A stretch of DNA of 64,000 bases from Tubulanus polymorphus (lineage: Eukaryota; Animalia; Nemertea), in assembly GCF_964204645.1 (NCBI RefSeq), contig NC_134025.1, forward strand, positions 20,125,101-20,189,100. The letters are read 5' to 3'. The position numbers and the translations under genes were made by a program. Shown one piece after another: positions 26,801 to 38,800 of the stretch. The notes beneath the pieces are model-generated. The model was not told the DNA's origin and searched no databases. It was given only the letters and a program-made list of their open reading frames with translations. Positions within the stretch are counted from its first letter, which is position 1. Every line of letters starts with the position of its first letter.

Positions 26801-29800
26801 TGGTATAGGTACCTAACGGCGCTGTATTCTCAAATTTCTAGCAAATTCAAAGGTCCTTGGGGCACGGTCGATATCCCCTACAAACGAGGGGTCTTTCAGG
26901 GTTGCCCTCTTAGCCCCCTAATTTTCATCCTGTGCGTAGAACCCCTCGTTAGAATACTGTCAACCGGGACATCCCTAGCCTATGCAGATGACACAACGCT
27001 GGAAACAAAATCGGCAAAAGCCCACTTAGATATAACGTACGTGTTTAACAAAAAAGCCAAGGAAATGAACCTCGAACTCAGGCCGGACAAATGCGTTTCC
27101 CTGAGCGTTAGATGCGGACGAATTGAGCCATTCAAAAACGAGATAGAGGGCAAAGACACCGCGACCCTCACCGATTTGGACAGAATAACGTATCTAGGCA
27201 AAATTTTCAGTCCCAAGGGACAGGATGGGGTGGGTGAAATTCTCCTCACAAAATTCAGGCAACGACTCGCAAACATAGATAACGCCGATATACAAAGCGG
27301 GACAAAGGTTCATATCGCTATAGACTATATGCTGAGAGCTGATTACCATGACCTCATGATCAACAACCTGTCTGATAATTGCTTGCAGTTAATCGACAGT
27401 GTCTTTGTAAACACGCTACATAAATGGGGTCACCGTCGATTGCTCACTTTTCAAGTACCGTCCACCGTATACCACTGGCTTCATGCGTTGAAGGTCTACT
27501 TCCTTATCACTTCTCCCGACGAAAAAATCGTTGAAGTAGCCATCTCGAAATTCGAAAACAGCCATTATCTCGATCTCGCTTTCGAATCCCTCAACCATAA
27601 AAACTCGAAGGCGTTCATAAAACGCCACTACTTAGGAATATTCGCGCACGCCACCCCCGACCCAGAAAAATTCCCCTGTAGCTCTAAGGCGTTTGACGTA
27701 TTCGACATCTATCCGGAGCATATACCCGAAGTGTATACAGACGGCTCGTGCCTGAGAAACGGTGCAGACGAGGCTCGTGCGGGCTACGGCGTCTACTGGG
27801 GACCAGACAGTCCCTTAAACACCTGTGGCGTCGTCTATCCACCTACCAACAACAGAGGTGAATTAACCGCTGTGGTCGTGGCTCTCAATCAGGCCATCCA
27901 GCTTGGTATTAACTCCTTGCAAATTTTCACCGACTCGAAATACGTTATAAACGGTATCACTGATTGGATCAAGACGTGGAAAGCCAGGTGCTGGAAAAAC
28001 GTCAAAAACCGCGATCTCTGGACACAACTGGATGGTCTGAATAACCGAGTCTCCGTATCTTTCAAATACGTCAGGGGTCACCAGGGGGTACACGGGAATG
28101 AGATGGCGGACCAACTAGCTAAATCGGGAGCAGCTCTCAATGGTAGTAATCCGGGGGTGACGTGTCTCTGTTAAACTCTAACGTTAACCTCCATCCAGCT
28201 TTTTTATGATGGAAGCCCTGGCCTGCTCCCTGCCCTGCCTGATGAGGTCCTTTTTTGTAGCCTCGTCGATCGTGATCGACCCGTGTTTTTTACGAGCCTG
28301 TGACTTGATATCCTGCTTCAAAGTCTGATAGTTCCTCTGTTCGGCTAGAATCAGCTTGAACTCGTCATCCGAAACAACTCCATCACTTATTGCCCTCGAT
28401 ACAAGATCTGACACGGTGCTTAGTTTGGAAGAGGCTAACACTCGAATTTCGTCGTGCTTTTTACCCTTGATCAGAAGCTTCCGACCGACTATCTTCCCAG
28501 ACACGCCTAAGACGCCTAGGACGGTCGCAACGGGGATGGTGATTATGTTTGTAAGCACGCCAGCGGCTCCCGTAGCCGCGACTGCTATGCTAGCCGTCAC
28601 GAAAGCCGCGTCAAATCCATCTATGGTTTTCACCGCCCTTTTATACTTCTTGTAGAGCGCAGCGCGGGATTGTCCCTCGGACTCTAAAATTTTCTGGACT
28701 TCGCATATTTTCTGCAGTCGGAAGTTCGACGCATCTTCAGTTGGAGCACTAGGCTCAGTTGGAACCATTGGGTAAAGTTTAGTGTCGCTATCCATGCTAT
28801 ATACTATGCGGGAAAATGTCGAGCTCGATGAGGAGTGAAGCTATCGTAGCTATTGCTCGAGTAGCGGGCGATCTTGACGACTTGAAATTGATGACGTCGC
28901 CCTCGGCCATTCGACTGGTGGAGAGAACGTTTTGACCGCGGCTTGGAAGACTCCTTTACCTTGGGGTTTGATCGGGCCCTGTAAAAGCCGAGCCTCTTTC
29001 GTGATTTCTCCTTTTTCCACCCTGTTGACGGTCAACACTACTGTGGTATTAGTTGTCAAGTCGCCACCGGAGAGGCCCATTTTTAGCACTCTCCCCACAT
29101 CATCGTGTAGCCCGCGTACTGGGATCGCGACCCATCACCGTACGAAAATTCGTAAGAGCCCTCACCAAGGGGTCCTTTTTCCTCGGCCCAAACGGTTATC
29201 ACAGGTTTTGTGGTGGACTGTGTTTTCCCTAATCCCCTGTACAAGTTCATCTCTATTCTAATGCGAGCAAAATTTGGAGCGGTTCCTGGAATCGAATCTC
29301 CTCCATGTCCTGATTGAAAACCTTGACCACTACGTCGGCGAAGCCGCCTTCCTTAATTGGTATCGGTACCCCGTAAACATACTCGAATGAGTCGCCGTAT
29401 TGACCTGCTTTCGGATGTAAAATGGCGATCAGGTCCGAGGGCACCCCGTTTAGGAAGTTTCTCGATTCGTCAACGAGATTGCACGTTACGCGGTATTCCG
29501 TATGCCTGGTAAACCTACATTCTTTCGTACCCCTTACACTAGCCTCTTTACCTTCGACGTTTGGGTAATATCCTTCTGGGACTCCCAACAGATCGGTGAT
29601 GGAGCCGCTGAAGAGCACTCAGTACGGTTTTGACATTGAGTTCGATGCGCCCCCTCGCCTCCACGTAGGCTATGTTAATGAAGCCCGGTTTGTGACCGTT
29701 TCGGGTTATGACTCGCTGAATTTCGTCGTTCAAACTCTCAACCGTGTAAAGTCCATTCCTGATAATCAAGTTGAACACTTTTTGTTGGTGCTCGTCCACC

Positions 29801-32800
29801 CTTTCTCCGGTCATGTAGCGAAACCTGTGGTTGTTCAGTTTGTCGGAAACGTTGAAGTAAGCCAGAGGAATGACAGCCCGTCTTAAGGCCACAGTTTTGA
29901 AGCCACCCGTGTCGAGATGCGTTTTTAGACGCACGGTCGGATCCTTACCGTAACAGTGGATGACTAACATCCTTCCTATTTCTAACGCGAGAATTTCTTG
30001 CTCAGGACTTGGAAAGACAGACCGACTGCAGCGATAAACCACAACACCAAGTGCTCGACTGCTTCTCCGGCTTTCCTCAACAGGAAGCTAACCACCGTTC
30101 CGATCATTCCCGGCAACGCGGCAGCTCCTTTCCCTGCGAGATATTTAAGAAACGCCGTGAACTTTTTCAGAGCTTCTCGAATCCTGGACTTGGGTTCTTT
30201 TCCCGGTCCAACCGGCGGACTGGGTGTTACTACGCTTTTGAGCCCGTTCGCGATTGCGAGCCCGATGCTCGTGATAGTCATAACGACGGTCGATTATCTT
30301 CGTTCTTCAGAAGCCTCTTCAACCTCTCGATCTGAGAAGTCTCCCCCTGCCGTAGAGCCTCGTAGGTCCGCCCTTATATTGCTTCCTGAGCTTCGAACCT
30401 TTCTACTTCGTCGTCCCAGTATCGGATGTCTTGTACGGACACCGCGTCATCGCGCTCTTTCTGAGCCTTTTCTAGTTCTCGTTGGGCCCATTCCACGTTT
30501 ACAGCTGCTGACTTAATTTTGCTGGACGTAGAAACCAAAGTAGTAGCTACCCCCCGGAGTTCACGTCTGTCTTCTGGTCTCAGCGGAGCCCTGTCATCAT
30601 TGACGATGTCCTCTATTTCCTGCTGCAAACTCAACTCGTTATCCACCGACAAGCGCTCCACGATAGATGGTTCCAACAGGTCTCGTTCCATTCTCACCGG
30701 TCTGTCCGGGCCCAGAGCATGGAAAAACTCAGAGCCCCCTTTCGCTTTCGAGATGGTACTATGCGCGAGTACTTGACCGCTCCTACCGGTAAGTTTCACC
30801 CAAACTGGATCACCGTTCAGTTCCGTCTGAAAGAACCAGGTATCGTCTTGTTTTTGTAGTTGCAGGCGCATCAGGGCTCGCTCCATGTCCAGGTTACCGC
30901 CGAATTTACCGAGCAGCGAGTCGATGATGACATCTTTTTCTCCCAGGTTTTCCATGGGAATGAGCTCGCCTACGGTGTCATCTTGAGGCTCCACGTCCCA
31001 GTCTATCGGATCAACGTCGAATTCCGCCATCGTCTATAATTAAGCCAGGAATTTCTGCAAGAATCGTAAACATCAAACTCGTCCATTTGTTTTTGGATCC
31101 ACTCCTCGTACGCTTCCCACAAATTCCAGTTTTGTGCCAAAGCAAATTTCGACACTGGTTCTTTCCCGAACTTACGTTCCGGCTTTCCATGTAGCTCGAG
31201 GATTCGGTTTAAGAAGAATCCGTAGGAAAGGAAGTTTTTCCGACGAGGGAACTTTTCGAGGAAGAGTTGATAGACGTCGGCGAAGCAATATCTGATCATC
31301 GCGCATGTAGGAATGTCGAGAAACCCACCGTCCAAACCGCGATTCGATAGTCTAATTCGCCGGAGGGATGTGGACTTGTTTCGGTTTCGGAACCTTTTTG
31401 ATCTGCAACCGAAGAGGAGGGTTTACGTAGTCTTCGAGTTCTCTCTCGAGCCTTTCGAGATCAAACTCCTTAGGCAATATACCGTAGGGGTCGTCCATAA
31501 CTTACAGATATTTGTACGCGATGACGCCGGTCAGAATTACACTGCCTAATATAAAGGCCTACTCACTGTTCAATTGGGCGTCTGAAGGGGAATAGAAATC
31601 GCCTAGCACCGGCCGCTGGCTCAAAGATAGTTTGTCGTTCCTGGTACTGTTGTAAAGCCTAAGGGCCTCATCGACGTCCGAAAAGTCGGATTTTGTCTGC
31701 ATCTCTTTTTGCAGCTCCCTGTTGAGGTAGTCCAGTGTCTTTTGCCGTTTCTCGTTCCAGGTCACCATTGCCGCGTTCAATCGCTCCATAGCCTTGTCGT
31801 GCCTCTCTCGTTCTTGGGCAGCTCCGGAGTCGCCTTGTACCGCTCTATAGATTGCTTGGCCTCCGGTAAATGCCACAGCGTTCGCTATGGCGCCGCCGAT
31901 GATAACCGCTGCAGTAGCCATGATTAGGTCCCTATATTTGGGGGCAGAATTTTCGACTTCTCCAGGTAATCCTTGGAGATGGTTGCTAAAGAAACCGCAA
32001 CCGTGAGTTTCATAGCTTCGGAAAGGTCAGCCTTGGAGGGATCACCCACATCGAAGCGTAGCATTTTCTTCCCGAGCATCGCGTACCCTACGGTCAGTCC
32101 GCTTAGAATGGCCGAGTGATAAAGTACGTTTGCGATTGTTCGATAGTCTGGATTCGTTGCCATCGTGCTATATCCATCTACAGAAAATTTAGGTCATCTC
32201 CACAAGGCGACAAGTTAAAGGTTCGGGTGTTGGTTCCGTGTTTTCTTCGGGTTTCGGGGTTTGGTTTAGCGCCATTCTCTGATAGTATAGAGCTCCGAGG
32301 CCCACTAACAACCTGCCTATCGCGATCCACATTTGCAGGTGTTTTGACTGGGTTCTGTTTTCGTCGTCGGAACCGACAATCGGGGCAGCCGTTTTCTTCG
32401 AGGCTCGCTGCTGCCTACTTATTTCGGCAAGCTTTTTGCCCCATGCGACTCGACCAGGGGACTTTTGTTTATGCGGGTTAGTCGTCACTTGTTCCACTTG
32501 TTCAAGTTCCATCCCTATATGCAAGAGAGGAAAATATGACTTACGGGAAAGTGGACAAGTTACTTATCGGCAAGTGGACTAGTTACTTGCGGACAAGTGG
32601 ACAAGTCACTTTCCTCAGAATCTGCCATATTCTTCCCGGTGATTACCGCCACGTTCGCGATTGCGAGTATGGGAGTCTTCAGAATCCTACCCAGATGGCC
32701 GAGCTGGTTTTTCATCTCGGCGGTGATAACAAAGTTTTCAGTCAACTCCTTGTTTAGCTGTTCTGTGTCTACTTTAGGTCTGACCCACTTGCAGAGCTTG

Positions 32801-35800
32801 GAATAACCGTAGAGTATGCTGTTGATCAGACTGTCGGAAACCGCGGCGGAATAATGGTTTTCGTACTCCGTCCACACCCGTTCGAGCGCTTTCGAGTTCA
32901 TCTTCTTAAGTTGACCTTCGGATTTCTTGATACCTATTTTTGCAAGCAACCCGCTCTGAGAAAGCCCGACAAGTAGCTGCCTGCGCCCTTCCGACTCGTC
33001 GTCTTCGGGTGATTCTACATCCAACCCAATGTCACTCAGTAGTTCGTCGTAGACTTCGTCCATGTTCGCTATATGTTAGTCGTCCGAAATTTAGAATACC
33101 CCGTAGGCGAATGGATACTCGAGGCGCATGACGAGACGGGCCCGATTCCTAGCAGAGAGATCTGCGATCACACGTTCCCTTTTGGTTTTCGGGACGATGT
33201 TGTTTTCACGCAGAGCATCCTTTAAACCATCCTCGTCTTTTTGGTGGTACAGGACTAACATTCTCAGGTTTTCTCGGAAATCTTTCACAACGGCGTTGTA
33301 TTTTTGAGTGAGCACCCACACTGAGATATTCAGATGACGGCCCGAGAACGCGAGTTTCGTCAATTCGGACGACTTGGTTTTAGTATCCCTCAAGTTGGCA
33401 CAGTCGTCTATAAGAAACAGAGTTTGACAATGAGGATCGCCGTATACTTTGGTGCACGTGGAAAGCAAACCGTCTAGGTCGTTTAACACCGAACCCGGGT
33501 TCATGACGAAGATATTGGGGTCCTTCATCACAAACGATCTATCGTAGGTGGTGTTCTCGAGGAAAGTCGGGCAGAAAATCACTATATTGTGGAATTTGCC
33601 GCGATAGACAGATTGTAGGAGGTCGAGCACGTAGTCCGCAGTTTTTCCGCAGTTCGTTTGCCTCGACACAATCATGTTGAACGGGGGCTGTAACCAAAGC
33701 CTATCCATCTCCGCTATACATTAGAACAGAATCGCCTTTAATTGGTTGTTCTGGATGTTTACTTGGGCGTCGGCTACGACGTAAATGAACATCGTGTACT
33801 CCGTTGTGCTGGTACGGGTGATGGCTAACTGAACGCCGTCCTTTGTGTTGACCAACCTTAGACCAGATCCGTGAAGCGAGTTATCGTCTGTGCTTCTGAG
33901 ATCGATCCACAATGCGTATTTGTCGTCGACGAAGAACGAGAACTCGTCTATGTGCGACTCGTCGGTTTCTTTGGCCGATTCTGGCATCAGAAATCTTCTG
34001 CACTCTTCCCATTGTTGGTAAGGTTTCAGTCCTTGCTTGTAAACTTTGTGAGATATTCCTTCGATCGTGACATCGACGTTCTTGATTTTAGGGTTCTGAA
34101 ACGAGGTGGATTCGGAATCGTACTGCCCGTTGTCAAACTCTTCTTGAAAGAATATCAACAGGCCCTTCATCGACCTTCGGGGAACGTTAACGTTTACGTT
34201 CAGAATTGTTGAGGTTCCCGTGGATTGACTCCTGAAGAACGTGACGTAGTCGTACAAGAAGCTTACCCCGGCGGACAGGTCGCCTTCGATCTGTCTGGCG
34301 AGCTCCGCCGAATGCACGGTGTCGTATTCGAGGGCTATATTTTTCACGGAGTATCCCCATGCCTCCGCACTCCCGTTTACAGTGAACTTGATTTCGTTGA
34401 AAGTGATCTCCCTAACAAAGTCTTCGTTGATTGCGAACGGATAGAAAGGACCGTGGTCCGTGTACAGTTCGAAATCAATGGGTATGGCGTACCTGTTCTT
34501 AAACACCGACTTGATCATCGTTTCCTTGGTGTTGGTTTTCAAGGCGTCTTCTGCATCCGATCTGAGTTTCCTCAAGTTCTCGTTGCCGATTCCTTCCAGA
34601 ATCATGTTACTTCGCCTTTTGTCCGTAAGCCACAGATCTTTGTAGGTCTGGAAGACGAAGCTGTAGTTCAAATCAGATAAGATTTCACCACCCAGTTTGT
34701 CAACAATTCTGGCCATTAGGTTCCTCGAAATGTTGTTCACGAAGAAGTTATTAGCCGGACCCTCTTTGCTGAGGTCGAACGCGAGTTTCAAGCTTCCGGG
34801 TACCAGCAGCGTGTTCACCTGCAGTTTTGGTATCCTTACGTAAAGGGTTTCCCCCGGTGACACGGACGAAGGGTTGTGGGTAATAACCTCGTGGTGTCGA
34901 TCCGCCTTGACACCTAGCGGTGTTCGAATCTGTCTCGAAGGGTTCAAGTGTTTACCGTATGCAGACATAGTAGCTATACTGTAAGCCAGAAAAAACTCGC
35001 TTTTCCGTCTCATGGTAATTCTGACCAGCCACCTTGCTCGATAACCCAGTATGCGAGATTGTCGTTAAAGAACTCCCTCGTTCTAAATGCGATCTCTTCG
35101 ACGTAATAGAGGTTATCGGTGACTCGGAAGAAATGCTTAGCCAGATAGCTAGCGAATGCGATTAACGTGACTATTCGACCCCAGTTTACGCGGTTGTCGG
35201 TGAACATCTTCCAAATCGCTTCCAGATTTATTTCCTCCCAGGCGAAGCCGGACAGAGCCATGAACTGCAAACTGTATCGTTCAATGCCTGCGACCACATT
35301 CCCTTTCAGTTTTCTGCTGAGATCGTTGTCTTGAATAGGCTGCCCGGTAGCATACCATACTATCAAGTCACTCACAGGATGCATTTTGTCTCTACTATAT
35401 ATACCGCAGGAAAATGTTTCCACCAGAATTTGTGTACGATCCATCGTCGCGTTACTCCGTACCGGTGGTACCATTCAAAGACAAGCTCGACTACAGAGGT
35501 GACATTCACAAAGCTTTGACGTCGTTGAGGATACAAGTGTCGAGTAGGGTTGACGATTACTTTCAGACAACTGTACCGGACATATTCAGGATTTACCCGA
35601 TCCGCTTTAACAATCTCGGCGAGTTTCGAGTTTGGAGGCGCACGAACACGAAGTTCTGGCAGAACCAACTCAACTTTGCCATTTGGTGCGCCACAAGCGG
35701 TTGCGGGGTCTCCTGGAAGAACCACATGAACAACTCCTCTCCGTTGGTAACCAGTTTGTTCCGATTTCACGTTTATTATCAAACGAGGAAGATCCTATCG

Positions 35801-38800
35801 GAGATGAAATGTCCCCTACCAGCCAACAGCGGTTTCAACATGCTCGATAATCCCGTGAACGAACTAGCGTTTGAACGTATCTGCGGCGAATTCAATGTCC
35901 CCCAAAACACTGACTTTAGGTATTGGATCGGAGAAGCAGGCGATCTGGGCACGCTTTACACGAAACAGTACCTGAACGAAAAAGGATGGGTTAACTTCGT
36001 GGCACCCGAAAGTCACTGTCTGACCAAAGCCCGGGTGGAACGCCTGAACGACTCCATTCGGGCGTACGTTTACTGCATCCTAGGAGCCCAAGCACAAACT
36101 CGAAACGTCATCGTCGGTGACACCAGTACTGCGTTTGACGCTCAGAAACAATTCTTGGCCCTATTCGAGGACGCCGTACACGGCGAAGGCTCTCAGACTT
36201 TGGTAGATTCCATTCGGCGCTATCAAAACGCTATCAGTCAGACGCACAGTAAACTCGATTTCGCCGTCGGACCAAACCTCTACCTGATGCCGAGTGACAT
36301 GGTGCTGAAAATGGGAAGCTTGGTACGCTACAATAACAACATTAGAGTGGCTACCGACAAAATGAAGTTCGGAATCGATGACGTCAATGAGGCACGGCCA
36401 CCGCCAAAAATAGTTACCACGGAAAAGAGCAAAGTGGTTCGCGATATGCAAACAGCAGTACGCGAGGCCCCTCCCCCACCTAGGCCCTCACATCCTCCCA
36501 ACACTCCTCTTACGGTCAGACAAAAGGACAAACTAGCGTTCGCGTTAGGTACAGCAGTAATCGTAGCGTCTGGTGTGCATTTTCTCAAGAAGTAGGTATA
36601 GGGAAAGATGGAAGAGGTTTGGACGAAACACGGCTACTCGTCGGCCCTGAAACTGTACAGAATTATGAAAAAGCGTGATCCCGGTGTTACGTTCGCAGAA
36701 GTTGACAAGTTTGTATCGGCGAAGAAGACTTATCAGCTACATAAAAAGACGCGCAGACAAATTCAAGGACATATCGTAGCCTACTGCGAGAACTGCCTTT
36801 GGTTCGCGGACCTACTGGATCTGTCGAACTACGGTCGACGAAACAAGGGATACAAGTGGATTCTACTTTGCGTTGACGTATTCACTCGAAAGGCCTACGC
36901 GCAGCCGTTGAAAAAGAAGACCAAGGAAGCCGTCAAAGAGGGATTCGAGGCAATCATGGAAGGTCTCGGCGAGGAGAAAGTGACTCTAGTCACCGATTCT
37001 GAATCGGAGTTTCTAAACAAACCGATGCAAGAACTGTTTAGGACGCTGGGAATTGAACACAGGACTGTTGATGTTGGCGACCACAAAGCGCTTGGCATCA
37101 TCGACAGGCTGTCTAGGACGATAAAGGAGATCATTTTCAAGGATTTCACCGAAAGAGAAACCGTCGTGTGGTACGATCGTTTGCCAGATTACGTAGATGG
37201 CTACAACGCTACACCTCACGGGGGTATTTCAGATATGACTCCCGAAGAGGCCGGAGAATCCCGAAATGAAGAAAGGTTACTGTTCGAAAATATCGGCAAA
37301 TCCGAACCCCCTAAGAGCCCGTTCAAGCCAGGCGACAGCGTAAGGAAAAAGCTGAAAAGACCCGTGTTCAAAAAGGGTTCAAACAGTGCACTCCCTCGCG
37401 TCTGTGGAAGGCTTAAAAGGGGTCCTCGATAATGGAGAATCAGCTAGGTTGGACGATCTGCAACTAGTGATACCTCCAGCTGAAGAGAAGACGACGGTAG
37501 ACGCTGTGTCCGTAGCCGACAAAGAGCACAAGATAGAGCAGACTATCAAGCACAAGGAGGGTTTGTCACCCGAAGCGGTAATGCCCTCGAATAGCAGGTA
37601 CAGCCTGCGATCTAAAGCTCGTTGAGCAATTCCTCGACGTACTCGTCCAACGGAGTCCTGGCATTTTTGTGGCCGTAAGCGAGCGTAGCGATACCATCGT
37701 CGGCGATCCACCTCTTACTGTCGAAGGGACTGAGACTCTGCTTTGTCATACGCAGGCCGTACATTTTGTGACCCTCGCTTCTCAGCATATTCATTCCGTG
37801 CTGGAAGACCTTCTTTTGGAACAGACATTCCTTGTATTGCTCGTGGCGGATCTGTTTCTTCACCACGTTCTTTTTCACACCCTTGGCCTTCTTGATGTTA
37901 GTCTGATCGGCTTTTAAGATGCTGTACATCTTCGGTCTGAGCCCGACGTACTCCTGGATGGGTGTACCCGCGCACTCGTCTTTCATCTTACCTAGAACCT
38001 TCTTGTTGACGTTGCTATGCAGCGGGTGATTTCCCGGGTAATCGCTAGTATCGTAAAGGTCGTTGTTCGATTCCATGTCTTCGTAGATGTCTTCCGTCTC
38101 AATCTCTAGCAGAAGACTGTCGGTGTCAGTGTACAGCAATCGAGTACAATCGCCGTATACCTGTTTCATGTGGTTATAGTAGAAGTCGTACATCAGCAGC
38201 TTGCTGAGATCGAGCACAGACATCCCTACGTAAACGGGCCTATTCAGGTACAGATTAGTCTTGTACATGTGCATCGCGGCAAGATCGTCGTCAAACACCT
38301 TGGACCTGGCGAAGTTCGGCTTGGCTATCAACTTCCTCAACCTGTCTTCCTCGTTTCATCTGACAAGCTTCACGTCTACCCTGCGTCTAAGATTTTCCAT
38401 GGTCTTGCCGAATACGGAGTTATTCATCAGCTTGTACAGGTTCTTCTCGAAGTCGCTGGTTGCTAGCTTTCTTAGTTTTGTGTTCAGTCTTATATACGGC
38501 TCCATCCACGGCGATTGGTCGAATTCGAGGGCGCGATGAATCTTTGTGAGCTTCAGTCCTAGCTCCAGGTACAACTTAAGGTTCCTGTAATGAACGACGT
38601 ATCTCTCCTTGTTGCGGAGATTAGGCACCAGTTTTTCCGTTTCGGTCGAACCCCCCAGTCTTCCTAACAGATCTTGCTGGTACTGCGACATCCAAGCTTC
38701 TTGAACCTTAAGCCTTTCCGGTGCCAGTGGGTACTCGTTGTGCGAGTCGTGCAGCCCCCTGGGGTATTCCAAGTCTACCTCTAGAATGTAACCTTTCTCT

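Noticed and set aside
32537-32612. CRISPR-like array
   Set aside because: Only three units with ~6-nt spacers, no cas genes, eukaryotic context.
33871-34680. Plus-strand ORFs antisense to MCP, and similar ones opposite pPolB and RT
   Set aside because: Shadow ORFs of GC-richer coding sequence with no motifs and no TATAG leader.
29971-36607. Shine-Dalgarno-like purine runs (GGAAGG, GGAG, GGGAAAG) before some viral ATGs, suggesting a prophage or contamination
   Set aside because: They abut the ATG with the wrong spacing. The element has a TSD inside a spliceosomal intron and encodes eukaryotic-type proteins (Bcl-2, rve integrase).
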